A stretch of 64,000 bases of DNA from an uncultured Bacteroidales bacterium (GCA_900315245.1 OMYJ01000006.1:199572-263571); one strand, 5' to 3'; positions 44,098 through 54,667 are shown, counted from the stretch's first letter. The notes: generated by a model not told the origin, from the sequence alone. Program-made: numbers and translations.

Positions 44098-47000
44098 TTG
44101 AATAAACGTCACCATATCCTCTCCGCGATGCGCGGCCACAAGATCATCTTCTTCATTGTGGCTTGCTTGGTTGTATTCGGCATTTTCGCACTGACAAAGC
44201 TAAACAAGGACGAGTTCCCGCAGTTCACGATCCGGCAGGGCGTGGTGGCGGCGGTCTATCCCGGCGCGACGGCGCAGGAGGTCGAGGAGCAGGTCACCAA
44301 GCCGTTAGAGCGGTTCCTCTTCACCTATGCCGAAATCGACAAGGAGAAGACCTACTCGGTGACGGAGAACGGCATCGTCTATGTGTATGCGGAACTGCGC
44401 GTGTCGGTGAAGGACAAGGACGGCGCCTGGTCGAAGATACGTCACGGGCTGCAGCTGTTCAAGAAGACCTCGCTGCCCGCGGGCGTACTGGAGATTGTGG
44501 TGGTCGATGACTTCGGCAACACATCCTCCATGCTGCTGACCGTGGAGTCACCCGAGCGGACCCCACGCGAGCTGGAGCACTACGCCGAACAGCTCTGCGA
44601 CCGACTGCGGAGCATCCCCGAGATGGGCAACATCAAGATCCTCGGACAGCAGAACGAGGAAATCGCCGTCTTGGTGGATCAGGAGAAATTGGCCTCCTAC
44701 GGCATCAGCCAGCGGGCGTTATTGGTGGAACTGGCCACGCAAGGAATACGCACCATGGGCGGCAACGTGGAGAACGAAGCCGGCGATGCGCAAGTGCATG
44801 TCTCTATCCCCTATCAATCTGAATATGAGATTGGTGAACAGATTATTTTCACCGATCCTTTAGGTCATCAAGTACGGCTTCGCGACATTGCTGACATTCA
44901 GCGCCGTTACGCCGAAGCCAAAAGTCATATCAAATACAACGGGGCATCCACCATCCTGATTTCCATGGAGATGGCACCCGGCAACAACATCGTGGCTTTC
45001 GGCAAGAAGGTGGAAAGCGAGATTGCCAAATGCAAGCAGACGCTGCCTCCTGATGTCGATATGCACAAGATCACCAACCAGCCCTACGTGGTCAACAAGT
45101 CGGTGATGTCATTCCTGCGCGACCTGCTCTTCTCCATCCTCGTGGTCATCGCGGTGATGCTGCTACTCTTCCCGCTGCGCACGGCTTTGGTGTCCGGCTC
45201 CAGCGTGCCCGTCTGCACCGCCATCACCATGGGGCTGATGTACATCTTCGGCATCGAGCTGAACACGGTCACCCTCGCCGCCCTCATTGTGGTGCTGGGC
45301 ATGATCGTGGATGACTCGGTCATCGTCATCGACGGCTATACCGACACGCTACAGAAGGGCTATTCCCGATGGTACTCAGCGTTTAACAGCACCAAGACGC
45401 TATTCGTCCCGATGTCGTTGGCCACGCTGGCCATCTCGGGTATGTTCTTCCCGATGACCCGTATCATCACCGGACCGTTGGGCGACTTCGTGCAGCTGTT
45501 CCCCTGGACGGTCTTGTTCGCGTTAGTCTGCTCCATCTTCTATGCCGTATGGATAATCCCTTATCTGTCAACGGTTTTCATCAAGCGGAACAAAGACGGT
45601 ATCGCGCCAAACCGGTTCGAGGCGGCGCAGGACCGATTCTTTGTCCTTCTGCAGAACCTCTACGACAAGGTGCTGGCGCACTGTTTTCATCACCCTGCTA
45701 TCGTCATCTGTTTGGCTGTCAGCGCCATTTCTCTCGGCGTGTTCCTGTTCACGCGCCTGCAGATTCAGATGCTGCCGAAGGCCGACCGCAACTGCTTCGC
45801 AGTGGAGATGCACATCGCGGAGGGAAGCACGCTTGAGCAGACGGAGTCCATTGCCGACAGCATGGAACACGTACTTCGCTCCGACCCGCGGGTGACCTCC
45901 GTGACCTCCTTCATCGGCTGCTCCTCGCCGCGCTTCCACGCCACCTACGCCCCGCAGATGGCGCACAAGAACTACGCCCAGTTCATCGTCAACACCACCT
46001 CCGAAAAGAACACCCTGAAACTCATCCGCGAGTACGGACCGAAATACGAATACCATTTCCCGAACGCCTATATCCGCTTTAAACAGATTGACTACCAACC
46101 TGTTAACAATCCCGTGGAGGTGCGTTTCGCCGGCAACGACTTCGATGCGATGAAGTCGGCCGCCGACTCCCTGAAGAATTTCTTGAACACCATGCCGGAA
46201 CTGACTTGGGTGCACTCCGACATGGACATGACCTCGCAGGACATCGGGATCACGCTGAAGAGCGACGAAGCCACGCGTCTCGGGGTCACGCAGAGCATGT
46301 TGTCGCTGTATCTCTCCTCGGCACTCGGCGGGCAGAACCTCACCAACGTGTGGGAGGGCGACTACAAGGTGCCGGTGATGCTCTACACCCGTAAAAGTGG
46401 CGACACCCTCGCCTATCAGGATCTCGAAGACTTCCTGATTCCCACCTCTATTCCCGGCACGTGGGTGCCGTTGCGGCAGGTGGCGGAGGTGGGTCCCGAG
46501 TGGCACGACGCGGTCATCAACCGACGCAACAGCATCCGCACGGTGACCGTGGGCGCGGACCTCAACTACGGCTGCAGCCAACCCAAGGTGATGGAAAAAA
46601 TCGACAAGTACGTCAACGAGGAGCTGAAGCCGGCGATGGCCGACGGCGTGGAGATCACCTACGGCGGACTCACCGGCGCCAACAACATGGTGATCCCGCA
46701 GATTGCCCTCAGCTTCATCGCGGCGGTGCTGGTGCTGTTCATCTTCCTGCTCTACCATTTCGGGCGGTTGGACATCGTGTTCTTGACCCTGTCTGCCAGT
46801 CTAATCTGCGTGTTCGGGGCGTGTTTAGGTCTCTGGCTTTTCCGTCTCGACTTCAGCATCACGGCGGTGTTGGGTGTGGTCAGCTTGATCGGCATCATCG
46901 TGCGCAACGCCATCATCATGTTCGAGTATGCGGAGAGTCTGCGGAAGCGCCAGTACAGTGCCCGGGAGGCCGCCTTCGAAGCGGGTCGCCGCCGTATGCG

Positions 47001-47169
47001 CCCCATCTTCCTCACCTCCGCGACCACGGCCTTGGGTGTGATGCCGATGATCGTGGCGCACACCGCCCTCTGGATGCCCATGGGCGTGGTCATCTGCTTC
47101 GGCACCATCTTCTCGCTGCCGCTGGTGGTGACGGTGCTGCCCGTGATGTACTGGCAAATCTTCAAGTGA
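44098..47169 (+). CDS. RND efflux permease (AcrB/HAE1 family)
   Basis: 1023 aa with 12-TM-type architecture ('AALIVVLGMIVDDSVIVID', 'GIIVRNAIIMFEY'). The ORF-track start is a TTG. An ATG alternative at 44128 gives 'MRGHKIIFF'. Confidence 0.9.
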   Translation: MNKRHHILSAMRGHKIIFFIVACLVVFGIFALTKLNKDEFPQFTIRQGVVAAVYPGATAQEVEEQVTKPLERFLFTYAEIDKEKTYSVTENGIVYVYAELRVSVKDKDGAWSKIRHGLQLFKKTSLPAGVLEIVVVDDFGNTSSMLLTVESPERTPRELEHYAEQLCDRLRSIPEMGNIKILGQQNEEIAVLVDQEKLASYGISQRALLVELATQGIRTMGGNVENEAGDAQVHVSIPYQSEYEIGEQIIFTDPLGHQVRLRDIADIQRRYAEAKSHIKYNGASTILISMEMAPGNNIVAFGKKVESEIAKCKQTLPPDVDMHKITNQPYVVNKSVMSFLRDLLFSILVVIAVMLLLFPLRTALVSGSSVPVCTAITMGLMYIFGIELNTVTLAALIVVLGMIVDDSVIVIDGYTDTLQKGYSRWYSAFNSTKTLFVPMSLATLAISGMFFPMTRIITGPLGDFVQLFPWTVLFALVCSIFYAVWIIPYLSTVFIKRNKDGIAPNRFEAAQDRFFVLLQNLYDKVLAHCFHHPAIVICLAVSAISLGVFLFTRLQIQMLPKADRNCFAVEMHIAEGSTLEQTESIADSMEHVLRSDPRVTSVTSFIGCSSPRFHATYAPQMAHKNYAQFIVNTTSEKNTLKLIREYGPKYEYHFPNAYIRFKQIDYQPVNNPVEVRFAGNDFDAMKSAADSLKNFLNTMPELTWVHSDMDMTSQDIGITLKSDEATRLGVTQSMLSLYLSSALGGQNLTNVWEGDYKVPVMLYTRKSGDTLAYQDLEDFLIPTSIPGTWVPLRQVAEVGPEWHDAVINRRNSIRTVTVGADLNYGCSQPKVMEKIDKYVNEELKPAMADGVEITYGGLTGANNMVIPQIALSFIAAVLVLFIFLLYHFGRLDIVFLTLSASLICVFGACLGLWLFRLDFSITAVLGVVSLIGIIVRNAIIMFEYAESLRKRQYSAREAAFEAGRRRMRPIFLTSATTALGVMPMIVAHTALWMPMGVVICFGTIFSLPLVVTVLPVMYWQIFK

Positions 47170-47200
47170 CGATGAGGCGATGAGGCGATGAGACGATGAA
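47167..47200 (+). repeat. octamer array GATGARRC (3-4 units)
   Basis: 'tga c gatgaggc gatgaggc gatgagac gatgaatg' starts at the pump's stop codon. Confidence 0.8.
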
Positions 47201-47281
47201 TGTAGAATATAATACGGTCGAAGGGCCATTCCCCCCTAAAGGGGGGATGCCCGCAGGGCAGGGGGGTATCATACGGAACGG

Positions 47282-48640
47282 ATGAACGACAAAAAAACGA
47301 TTATGAAAAGGATAATAGCAATACTACTGACAATATTCGGATGGGCGACCATAACCGCGCAGCATCTCTCCTTGGACACCTGCAAGGCGATGGCGTTGCG
47401 GAACAACGCGGCGGTGAAGAATGCCGTGCTGGACGTGAAGGCGGCGCAGGAGGTGAAGATGCAGGCCCGCACGAAATACTTCCCACAGATCAGCGCCACG
47501 GGCATCGGCTATGTTCCCGCGAAACCGTTGATCGAGTACGGTATTGACGACATCGGGAGCGCCGCGGCACGGCAGCAGCTACATAATCTCTACTACGAGT
47601 ACGGCGCGGCGATGGGACTCTCCGACAAGATCTCGCTCTGCGACGGCGGTCTGGGCGTCGGGGTGACGGCCGTGCAGCCGGTCTTCATGGGCGGGCAGAT
47701 TGTGGGCGGCAATGCGCTGGCAGACGTAGGGGTCGCCGCCTCGCACTACCAAAGCCAGCTGACCCGCGACCAAGTCTTGCAGCAGGTGGAAGAGACCTAC
47801 TGGCAGACCGTCTCGCTCCTCGAAAAACGGATAACGCTGATGCAAGCGATAACCTTCCTGGACACGCTGCACCGCGATGTGACCGTCGCAGCGGAAGCCG
47901 GTCTGGTGACCCGAAATGATGTCCTGAAAGTCGAGCTCAAGCAGAACGAGATGCAGTCTAACCTCCTCAAAGTAAACAATGGCATCACCCTCTCCGCCAT
48001 GCTTCTCTGCCAGATGATCGGCATGGAATACAGTGAAAATCTGGTGCTTACAGATTTAATCGGTCAAGATTTGAGTAGCGAAGCCCCGACGGATGCGGAC
48101 ATTCGGAACGCGGTGTATCGCAGGACGGAGAAACAGCTGTTGGATTGTCAGGTCAGGGCTGAGAAGCTGAAGAAAGAGATTGCCATCGGGGAGAGCGTAC
48201 CGCATTTGATAATCGGGGCTAACGCCTCGTATGGCAGTCTCATTTTCGACCGTTACGACTACAACGCACTGGCGTTCATGACATTGCAGGTCCCCTTGAC
48301 AGGCTGGTGGGAGACGGCGCACAAGATCCGTCAGCAGAATTACCTCATCCAGAAGGCCGAGAACGAGCGTACCGACTATGTGGAGAAGATGGCGTTGGAG
48401 ACCCGTCAGGCGTGGTGCAACATCGAGGAGGCCAACAGTCAGGTGAGGCTTGCCGAATCCTCCGTGCGCAGTGCTGAAGCCAACCTCCACGACACGAAAG
48501 CCAACTTCGACGCAGGCATGGTGGCCGTTTCCGAGCTGCTGGAGGCCCAGACCTTGCTTCTTCAAGCCCAAAACCAGCGCACTGACGCCCTCATCGACCT
48601 TAAAATCAAGACAGAACGTTATAAAATGTTGATACGATGA
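47282..48640 (+). CDS. TolC-family outer membrane efflux protein
   Basis: It has the signal 'MKRIIAILLTIFGWATITAQ', two-repeat coiled-coil-rich TolC-like sequence, and is the last gene of the RND operon. Confidence 0.85.
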   Translation: MNDKKTIMKRIIAILLTIFGWATITAQHLSLDTCKAMALRNNAAVKNAVLDVKAAQEVKMQARTKYFPQISATGIGYVPAKPLIEYGIDDIGSAAARQQLHNLYYEYGAAMGLSDKISLCDGGLGVGVTAVQPVFMGGQIVGGNALADVGVAASHYQSQLTRDQVLQQVEETYWQTVSLLEKRITLMQAITFLDTLHRDVTVAAEAGLVTRNDVLKVELKQNEMQSNLLKVNNGITLSAMLLCQMIGMEYSENLVLTDLIGQDLSSEAPTDADIRNAVYRRTEKQLLDCQVRAEKLKKEIAIGESVPHLIIGANASYGSLIFDRYDYNALAFMTLQVPLTGWWETAHKIRQQNYLIQKAENERTDYVEKMALETRQAWCNIEEANSQVRLAESSVRSAEANLHDTKANFDAGMVAVSELLEAQTLLLQAQNQRTDALIDLKIKTERYKMLIR

Positions 48641-48729
48641 AGCGATGAATGGACGATAAAAAAGGCGTAGGGTGATTGAAACATCTTACGCCTTTTATAT
48701 TCAGCATTCAGCATTCTACATTCAGCATT

Positions 48730-49659
48730 TTACATTACCCAAAAGTCCATCACGACCATCGCGGCCATGGCCTCCACCACTGGCAAAACACGGGGCGCCA
48801 CACAGAGGTCGTTGCGATCGGAGCCTTTCATCATAACCGGATTCCCTTCAAAGTCAATGGTTTCGCGGTCATAGCGCACCGAAGGGATTGGTTTGAACGC
48901 CACGCGGAAGTAAATATCCTCGCCATTGGTGATGCCCCCTTGGATACCACCGTCATGATTAGTACGGAACGAAAAATCGGGATTCTGGATGTCATGATAT
49001 TCGCTGCCGGACATTTCAGCCGCCTTAAATCCCAAACCATACTCGAAACCCTTCGCCGCGTTGATGCTGAGCATGGCGTATGCCAGCCGCGCTGAGAACT
49101 TGTCATAGACAGGCTCGCCCAAGCCTGCAGGAAGCCCTTGTATGCGGCCTTCCACGAGCGCGCCGACAGAGTCGCCTTCCCTGGCGGGTTGTGCAATGCC
49201 AAGCACCTTCGAGGTAATCCGCACTCCCCTATCCTTCAGCCACAGCTTGGCGATGGCGCCAGCCACCACCCGGCACACCGTCTGCCGCGCCGATGCCCGT
49301 CCGCACAATTCATTGTCGGTAATTCCGTACTTGCGCATGTAGGTATAAGATGCGTGTGAGGGCTTTATCACGTGACGGTTAGCCTCCGAAACCTTCACAT
49401 CCACATTCGGGACGCGGAAACGGATGGGTTCGCCGGTGGTCACGCTATCGGAAATGCCGGAGAGGAACTCCACATGGTCGGACTCCTGCCGCTTCGTGGA
49501 AAGCTCAGCTCGACTCGGAGCACGACGGTTCAGCTCGGCGGTCACGAAGTCCATATCCACACGCAACCCCGCTGGACAGCCTTCTATCAGGCCCTCCAGC
49601 GCTTCGCCGTGCGTGTCGCCCCAGTCCGTTAGACGGTAGTATCTGCCGAATGTATCCAT
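48730..49659 (-). CDS. aroC: chorismate synthase homologue, short and divergent
   Basis: 'FGRYYRLTDWGDTHGEALEGLIEGCPAGL', 'GRASARQTVCRVVAGAIA', 'GGIQGGITNGEDIYFRVAFKP' and 'APRVLPVVEAMAAMVVMDF' align with AroC. The ORF is only 309 aa and has substitutions in signature positions (see findings). Confidence 0.7.
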   Translation of the reverse strand: MDTFGRYYRLTDWGDTHGEALEGLIEGCPAGLRVDMDFVTAELNRRAPSRAELSTKRQESDHVEFLSGISDSVTTGEPIRFRVPNVDVKVSEANRHVIKPSHASYTYMRKYGITDNELCGRASARQTVCRVVAGAIAKLWLKDRGVRITSKVLGIAQPAREGDSVGALVEGRIQGLPAGLGEPVYDKFSARLAYAMLSINAAKGFEYGLGFKAAEMSGSEYHDIQNPDFSFRTNHDGGIQGGITNGEDIYFRVAFKPIPSVRYDRETIDFEGNPVMMKGSDRNDLCVAPRVLPVVEAMAAMVVMDFWVM

Positions 49660-49716
49660 GCTTTTAATCGATAATTACGTGGCGGTCGAAAATAACTATG
49701 TAAAGGTTCTCGCCAA

Positions 49717-49783
49717 TCATCTAATCATCGTTTCATCGCTTCATCGTTTCATCGTTTCATCGTTTCATCGTCTTTTCATCGCC
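49717..49783 (-). repeat. octamer array GATGARRC (reverse orientation, about 8 units)
   Basis: 'tcatcgtt tcatcgct tcatcgtt ...' on the plus strand. The array contains the thioesterase stop codon. Confidence 0.85.
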
Positions 49784-50555
49784 TCCTCGCAACATCCGAC
49801 ACATCGACTTGCGAGACCAGCGGTTCCCATACGGAGAAAATCTCCGCGGCGGTTTCACCATCCGCTCTCGTGATCAGATGCACGTATGTCTTCTCTGCAA
49901 CTTGGCGCAATGTGCAGGTCAGGGTTTCGCCAAGATAGGTTTCGTGCAACCAGTGGATGACGAAACGGTTCGTGCGATGGGTTGTCATAAACTCGTCAGG
50001 CACGGTTAGCATGGCAATACTAATGTAGCTGCGGTTATTGACGTGTCCGTTGAAGTCGAGGTCAAGTTGGTTCACCTTATGCGTCACCTGCTTAAGTGCC
50101 TCGCCTTCCTTGGGGAACCGCACCTTCTTGTGGCTTTCCGTCATCATTTCCGGCAGCACTGTGATTCCCGGTGCCACACAGTCCGTGGATTCCAGCTTAC
50201 GGGTGTCGGCATTCATCAGGTTCCAACAGCTGGTACCTTTGGCGATCAACACACCCGTGTCGGCATTCGTCACTCGGTAGTCGGCATAGACTCGCAGCGG
50301 CGTGATCTCGCTGACCCAAATCGTCACACTGATATCATCGCCCCAAAACGTATCGACCGGCAGCATCTCGGCACTCATCTCCGTGATAATCCACATCTTC
50401 CTCTCCTTGACCAGGTCAAACGCGGCCAGGTGCAGACAACCCATGTAACGGGCGAAGCTCTCCTGAAAATAAAGTAGCACTGCCGCCGGACTCAACCTGT
50501 AGTCCTTGTTCATGTCATGACACGTGACAGTGTAAGTATGGGTGTAGGTGTTCAT
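49776..50555 (-). CDS. acyl-ACP thioesterase family protein
   Basis: 259 aa with a double hot-dog layout. 'YTVTCHDMNKDYRLSPAAVLLYFQESF' and 'LDLDFNGHVNNRSYI' resemble acyl-ACP thioesterases. Confidence 0.7.
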   Translation of the reverse strand: MNTYTHTYTVTCHDMNKDYRLSPAAVLLYFQESFARYMGCLHLAAFDLVKERKMWIITEMSAEMLPVDTFWGDDISVTIWVSEITPLRVYADYRVTNADTGVLIAKGTSCWNLMNADTRKLESTDCVAPGITVLPEMMTESHKKVRFPKEGEALKQVTHKVNQLDLDFNGHVNNRSYISIAMLTVPDEFMTTHRTNRFVIHWLHETYLGETLTCTLRQVAEKTYVHLITRADGETAAEIFSVWEPLVSQVDVSDVARRR

Positions 50556-50625
50556 TGCGATTTGCGATTTGCGGTTTATGGTTTATGAATAAATTGTTAA
50601 TGTCACACTAATAGCCAACAGCCAG

Positions 50626-53600
50626 TTACTTCTGTTTCTTCGATTGCAATTTGATCTCCTTGAATTCCTTAGTAAGTTTCGCGATTTCAGCGGCATTAGC
50701 ATCTTTGTCTTTTTCAAGCTCTTCCAACAACATAGAAATAGCGGCGAAGTAATATGTCGGCACTTGCTCGGAAAGTTCGGCCTTCCTGCCATATTCCACC
50801 GCATTCCGAAGATTGGCCAATGCCTTATCCGTATTGTTCGCATCCTTGTATATCACCCCTTTGAAGAAATAATTCTGGATGATATCCCCTTCCACATCAG
50901 CTTTATACTCACTATTGTAAAGCATTTGCAACAACTCGTTGGACTTGTCAAGGTAATCCTGGGCGGAAGGCACCATATCCAAATGATAGAACACCACAGC
51001 GTTTTGGCGATACTGCACTGCAGTCTTGTAGGTTTTGTTCACATCGCCATCGTTGTTGATTTCCTTCATAAGACTGATGAGCGTGTCGCGGACGTCCACA
51101 GCGCGATAGTACCAAAGTTCCGAATGTGCGGTGTCAATTACCTCGGCCATCTGCTCATAACAGCCGGCCAATTTGGCATATACCTCCACCAAATTGCCTT
51201 TGTGGGTTGCCGGAGCCGTGTCCGCATAGAGAATCTCACTGGCGTTGATGCATTCCCGATACAGATCAATGGCCTGTGGCACAGAGTCATTGACAGAATA
51301 TACATGCGCCATATTGAACACAGCACGCAAATAGGCGAGTTTCACATCGCGCCCTTGATCATCGAGATACATCACAGCGTCAAGGATATCCTGGGAATAC
51401 TGAATGGCCTCTTCATTGCTGACCTTGCCACTGTTCAGCATCATTTCGGCATGTTGCAGCAGTTTGAACGGATACTCATTGTCATAATCCACAAATTTAC
51501 GGTAAAAGTCCGTCAAATCCGCCACTGTGCGATAGTAATTCTGTCCATCATTCGCCTCCTTGTAGAAGTCAATCATGACGGACTTGGCACGTTCATACGT
51601 TTGGTAAGGCCGTTCCATCGGATTTTTTTCATAATAGGCTACCGACTGTTCCACCATTTGGCGGCATTTTTTCATATCCTTGTTCTGGGCCGCCATCACC
51701 GCCTTGCCCCAGCTCATCTCACCCAGCAACCAATAGGCATCATTATCTCCAAGAGAAATGGCTTTTTTGAAGTATTTTTCCGCTGTTTTGTATTCTTTTT
51801 CCGCACGGGCGGTCTCACCCATGTTCTTATACACATCCCCGACATAATAATGGGAACTGCCCTTCATTGTCGTGTATTTCGGCATAAAAGAAGCGGGAAT
51901 CTTTGGTTCAAAATCCAAAATCTTCTGATAGGTCATCATAGCCCTGTCAAACTGGTTCAGATTAAGATGCGCATCGCCCATTTGCAGATAATTGTTCAGA
52001 TATGGAGCCCACAACTGCGCGTCCTGCGGTATAGTTTTCTCATACAACTCATTGGCTTGCAGATAATACACAACAGACTCCTCATACATTTCATTCTGAT
52101 ACAGAACCTCGGCCAAGTGATTGGCAAACTCAGCCTTCTTCACCAAGATCTTCTGAGGGTCGTTTTTCGCTTCTATGCTGATCAAACGATCTGTAAATGC
52201 GGACAGTTCAGACGAAAGGGCGAATTGCTGGTATGCAACCAGAAATGTTTCCAAGGTGGAATTATAATTCAAATAAATCTCATTGAATGCGTTAGGGAAG
52301 GCAGCGTTCACCACGTCATAACTCTTTTCGTACTGGCGGAAAGCAGCTTGCAGCTCTTCATTGGAAGACTGCGTAACCAAACAGGTACCCAACAGCTGTG
52401 AGGCGACCTGCACATTCTGCACGGCATAAAACTCCGGGAACGACTCGGAGAGCTTGAATTCCAGATGCGCAAGTTGTTCAAGAACAGCCTTCTGTTTGAG
52501 AGATCTTCCCTCCACATCAGGCACATTCTGGAGCCACTGCACAGCATTCTCGGCCAATTGAAGCTGCAAGAAAAGATTGGAGGTGTCTGTCCTGTAATTC
52601 TCCAAAGAAGCGTTATAGATACCCTCATAGAGTAAATAAACTATAGAATCTGAGATATAAGCCGGATTGTATTCCAGCACCGCCAAAATATTCTGGTAAT
52701 TATCAATCAGTTGCTGGTTTTTCCCATAATCGTCAATCTCATACAGAAGAATCTTCTGAACGGTAGCGAGTGCACTGTCGATAGTGCGGGCAGCCGAGAC
52801 ACTGTCCTGAAGGAAGGCGTATGCATAGTAGAGGTTCTTCTGCGTCCAGAACAGATCTCCCAAGGTAGTGAAAAACGGGTACTGTTCATATATATTGCTA
52901 ATCTTTTCAAGCTGTTGTTCGGCAGCTGTTTTGAGTTTCGCCCGGTCAGAGCTGAAAATATATTGAATAAAGATAGGGTCAAATGCCGGCGCATATCTGG
53001 GGTTATTGTTGTTCGGCTTCTCTTTTCGTCCGATTTCGTTCGCCTGTTCATACAAAGAATTACGACCCAGATCATTGATATAATCCACAACGGAATAGGG
53101 CTCGTAATGGTTTCTATAGAGAAGTTCCGAGTATTTGCTGAGCGTGTCCTCGTCTTCATCGCTCGACTCCAACAGACGCAGGAAACGGTAGAAGTCAACC
53201 CATTCGAGGTTTCCGAAACTGTTGTCATCCAATCGGACATGATCCTTGGCCGTGGCGACAGCCTCGTTAACCTCGCCCTTCCGCGCAAGTGCCAACACCT
53301 CAGCAAACTGCGGCTTGTCAAACATATAGGCCTCGTATTTTTGAAGATCCGACGCATCAGAAGCGCATGTTTTCACAACGGTGTTGATGCGGAATGTGGA
53401 TTCAACGATTGCGTTGGCCGTGGCGGTGACGGATGCCGCACCCGCCTTGATGGAATCCCGAAAATCTTGTGCCACAGGCATCACAGTTTCTGCATAATAA
53501 TGACGGTAAAACCGCTCGAAAACACTTTGGGCCGCCTTCCGATACTGTTGCTTTTCAGTCATGTAGAATTTCAAGGTATCGTTGGTCTGGAAAAGGCCGA

Positions 53601-53883
53601 AAAGGGATTCGGGAGCGCGCCCGACATAGACAAGCCCCTCCTTCATCCATTGCTCCAACGGCAAGAAGGCGCCTTTCTTGTCTGCAGGGAGATTGGCCAC
53701 CGCAACACCTTGTGCATTAGTCGTCAGTGTCTGCCCATACAACGTGGTGGTTGCACCCGCCACCGGCAGTTTAGTGTCGAAATCCACGACCTTCATCACC
53801 TGTTTCACCTGCGAAAACGCAATAAAAGGCACCGAAATAATCGCTACCGCCATCAATATCCATACAACACTCCTATTTTTCAT
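50626..53883 (-). CDS. large secreted TPR-repeat protein
   Basis: It has the signal 'VWILMAVAIISVPFIAFSQ'. TPR-like helices recur ('YYLQANELYEK', 'AEKYFKKAISLGDNDAYWLLG'). Confidence 0.7.
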   Translation of the reverse strand: MKNRSVVWILMAVAIISVPFIAFSQVKQVMKVVDFDTKLPVAGATTTLYGQTLTTNAQGVAVANLPADKKGAFLPLEQWMKEGLVYVGRAPESLFGLFQTNDTLKFYMTEKQQYRKAAQSVFERFYRHYYAETVMPVAQDFRDSIKAGAASVTATANAIVESTFRINTVVKTCASDASDLQKYEAYMFDKPQFAEVLALARKGEVNEAVATAKDHVRLDDNSFGNLEWVDFYRFLRLLESSDEDEDTLSKYSELLYRNHYEPYSVVDYINDLGRNSLYEQANEIGRKEKPNNNNPRYAPAFDPIFIQYIFSSDRAKLKTAAEQQLEKISNIYEQYPFFTTLGDLFWTQKNLYYAYAFLQDSVSAARTIDSALATVQKILLYEIDDYGKNQQLIDNYQNILAVLEYNPAYISDSIVYLLYEGIYNASLENYRTDTSNLFLQLQLAENAVQWLQNVPDVEGRSLKQKAVLEQLAHLEFKLSESFPEFYAVQNVQVASQLLGTCLVTQSSNEELQAAFRQYEKSYDVVNAAFPNAFNEIYLNYNSTLETFLVAYQQFALSSELSAFTDRLISIEAKNDPQKILVKKAEFANHLAEVLYQNEMYEESVVYYLQANELYEKTIPQDAQLWAPYLNNYLQMGDAHLNLNQFDRAMMTYQKILDFEPKIPASFMPKYTTMKGSSHYYVGDVYKNMGETARAEKEYKTAEKYFKKAISLGDNDAYWLLGEMSWGKAVMAAQNKDMKKCRQMVEQSVAYYEKNPMERPYQTYERAKSVMIDFYKEANDGQNYYRTVADLTDFYRKFVDYDNEYPFKLLQHAEMMLNSGKVSNEEAIQYSQDILDAVMYLDDQGRDVKLAYLRAVFNMAHVYSVNDSVPQAIDLYRECINASEILYADTAPATHKGNLVEVYAKLAGCYEQMAEVIDTAHSELWYYRAVDVRDTLISLMKEINNDGDVNKTYKTAVQYRQNAVVFYHLDMVPSAQDYLDKSNELLQMLYNSEYKADVEGDIIQNYFFKGVIYKDANNTDKALANLRNAVEYGRKAELSEQVPTYYFAAISMLLEELEKDKDANAAEIAKLTKEFKEIKLQSKKQK

Positions 53884-53887
53884 ATTC

Positions 53888-53947
53888 TCATCATTTATTC
53901 ATCGTTTTTTCATCGTCTCATCGCCTCATCGTCCTTATCGTCTCAGC
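53888..53947 (-). repeat. octamer array GATGARRC (reverse orientation, degenerate)
   Basis: 'tcatcgttttt tcatcgtc tcatcgcc tcatcgtcc ttatcgtc' fills the gap between the lptB stop and the TPR gene start. Confidence 0.75.
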
Positions 53948-54666
53948 TCGAAATTCGTTCCCAAGTACACTTTTTTCACGAGTGGATCCGCGGCGAGTTC
54001 TTCGGCGGTACCGGCTTTAAGAACGCTGCCCTCGAACAGGAGGTAGGCACGGTCGGTGATGGAAAGGGTCTCGTGGACGTTATGGTCGGTGATGACGATA
54101 CCGATGTTCCATTCTTTCAGTTTCTTGACGATGCCCTGGATATCCTCCACGGCAATGGGATCAACGCCCGCGAAAGGTTCGTCAAGTAGGATGAACTTCG
54201 GCGACGAGGCAAGGCAGCGGGCTATCTCCACACGGCGGCGCTCACCACCCGAGAGATTGTTACCCTTATTGTGGCGCACCTTCTCGATGTTGAAATCCGC
54301 GATCAAGTTCTCCAACATCTCCTTCTGCTCGGCTTTGCTCTTGCCACTGAACTCCAATATGGCCTTGATGTTGTCCTCCACCGTCAGATGCCGGAACACC
54401 GAGGCTTCCTGCGGCAAGTAGGCTATGCCCATCTGCGCGCGCTTGTACATAGGCTCTTCCGTTATATCTTTGTCATTCAGGAAGACATGTCCGGAAAACG
54501 GCTTGATCAACCCCACAATCATGTAGAACGAGGTGGTCTTGCCTGCACCGTTCGGTCCCAGCAGCCCTACAATCTCACCTTGCGTGAAGTTGATGGAGAC
54601 TTCATTGACCACTGTACGGTTTTTATATTTCTTGACTAACTTGTCAGTGCGAATCGTGTATTCCAT
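53935..54666 (-). CDS. lptB: LPS export ABC transporter ATP-binding protein
   Basis: '[24 protein letters not shown]', '[15 protein letters not shown]' and '[12 protein letters not shown]' are ABC ATPase motifs. The start is taken at '[14 protein letters not shown]'; the ORF-track start is 54681. Confidence 0.85.
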   Translation of the reverse strand: MEYTIRTDKLVKKYKNRTVVNEVSINFTQGEIVGLLGPNGAGKTTSFYMIVGLIKPFSGHVFLNDKDITEEPMYKRAQMGIAYLPQEASVFRHLTVEDNIKAILEFSGKSKAEQKEMLENLIADFNIEKVRHNKGNNLSGGERRRVEIARCLASSPKFILLDEPFAGVDPIAVEDIQGIVKKLKEWNIGIVITDHNVHETLSITDRAYLLFEGSVLKAGTAEELAADPLVKKVYLGTNFELRR

Positions 54667-54667
54667 A

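Noticed and set aside
45568-46758. 396-aa antisense ORF and 240-aa out-of-frame ORF (46461-47183) within the RND permease gene.
   Set aside because: The sense frame encodes a canonical AcrB-type protein. The alternatives are Arg/His/Gly-rich shadows.
50644-54189. 585-aa (50644-52401) and 492-aa (52711-54189) plus-strand ORFs opposite the TPR gene and lptB.
   Set aside because: They are antisense shadows of a long ORF with biased codon usage. They have no signal, no motifs and cross gene boundaries.
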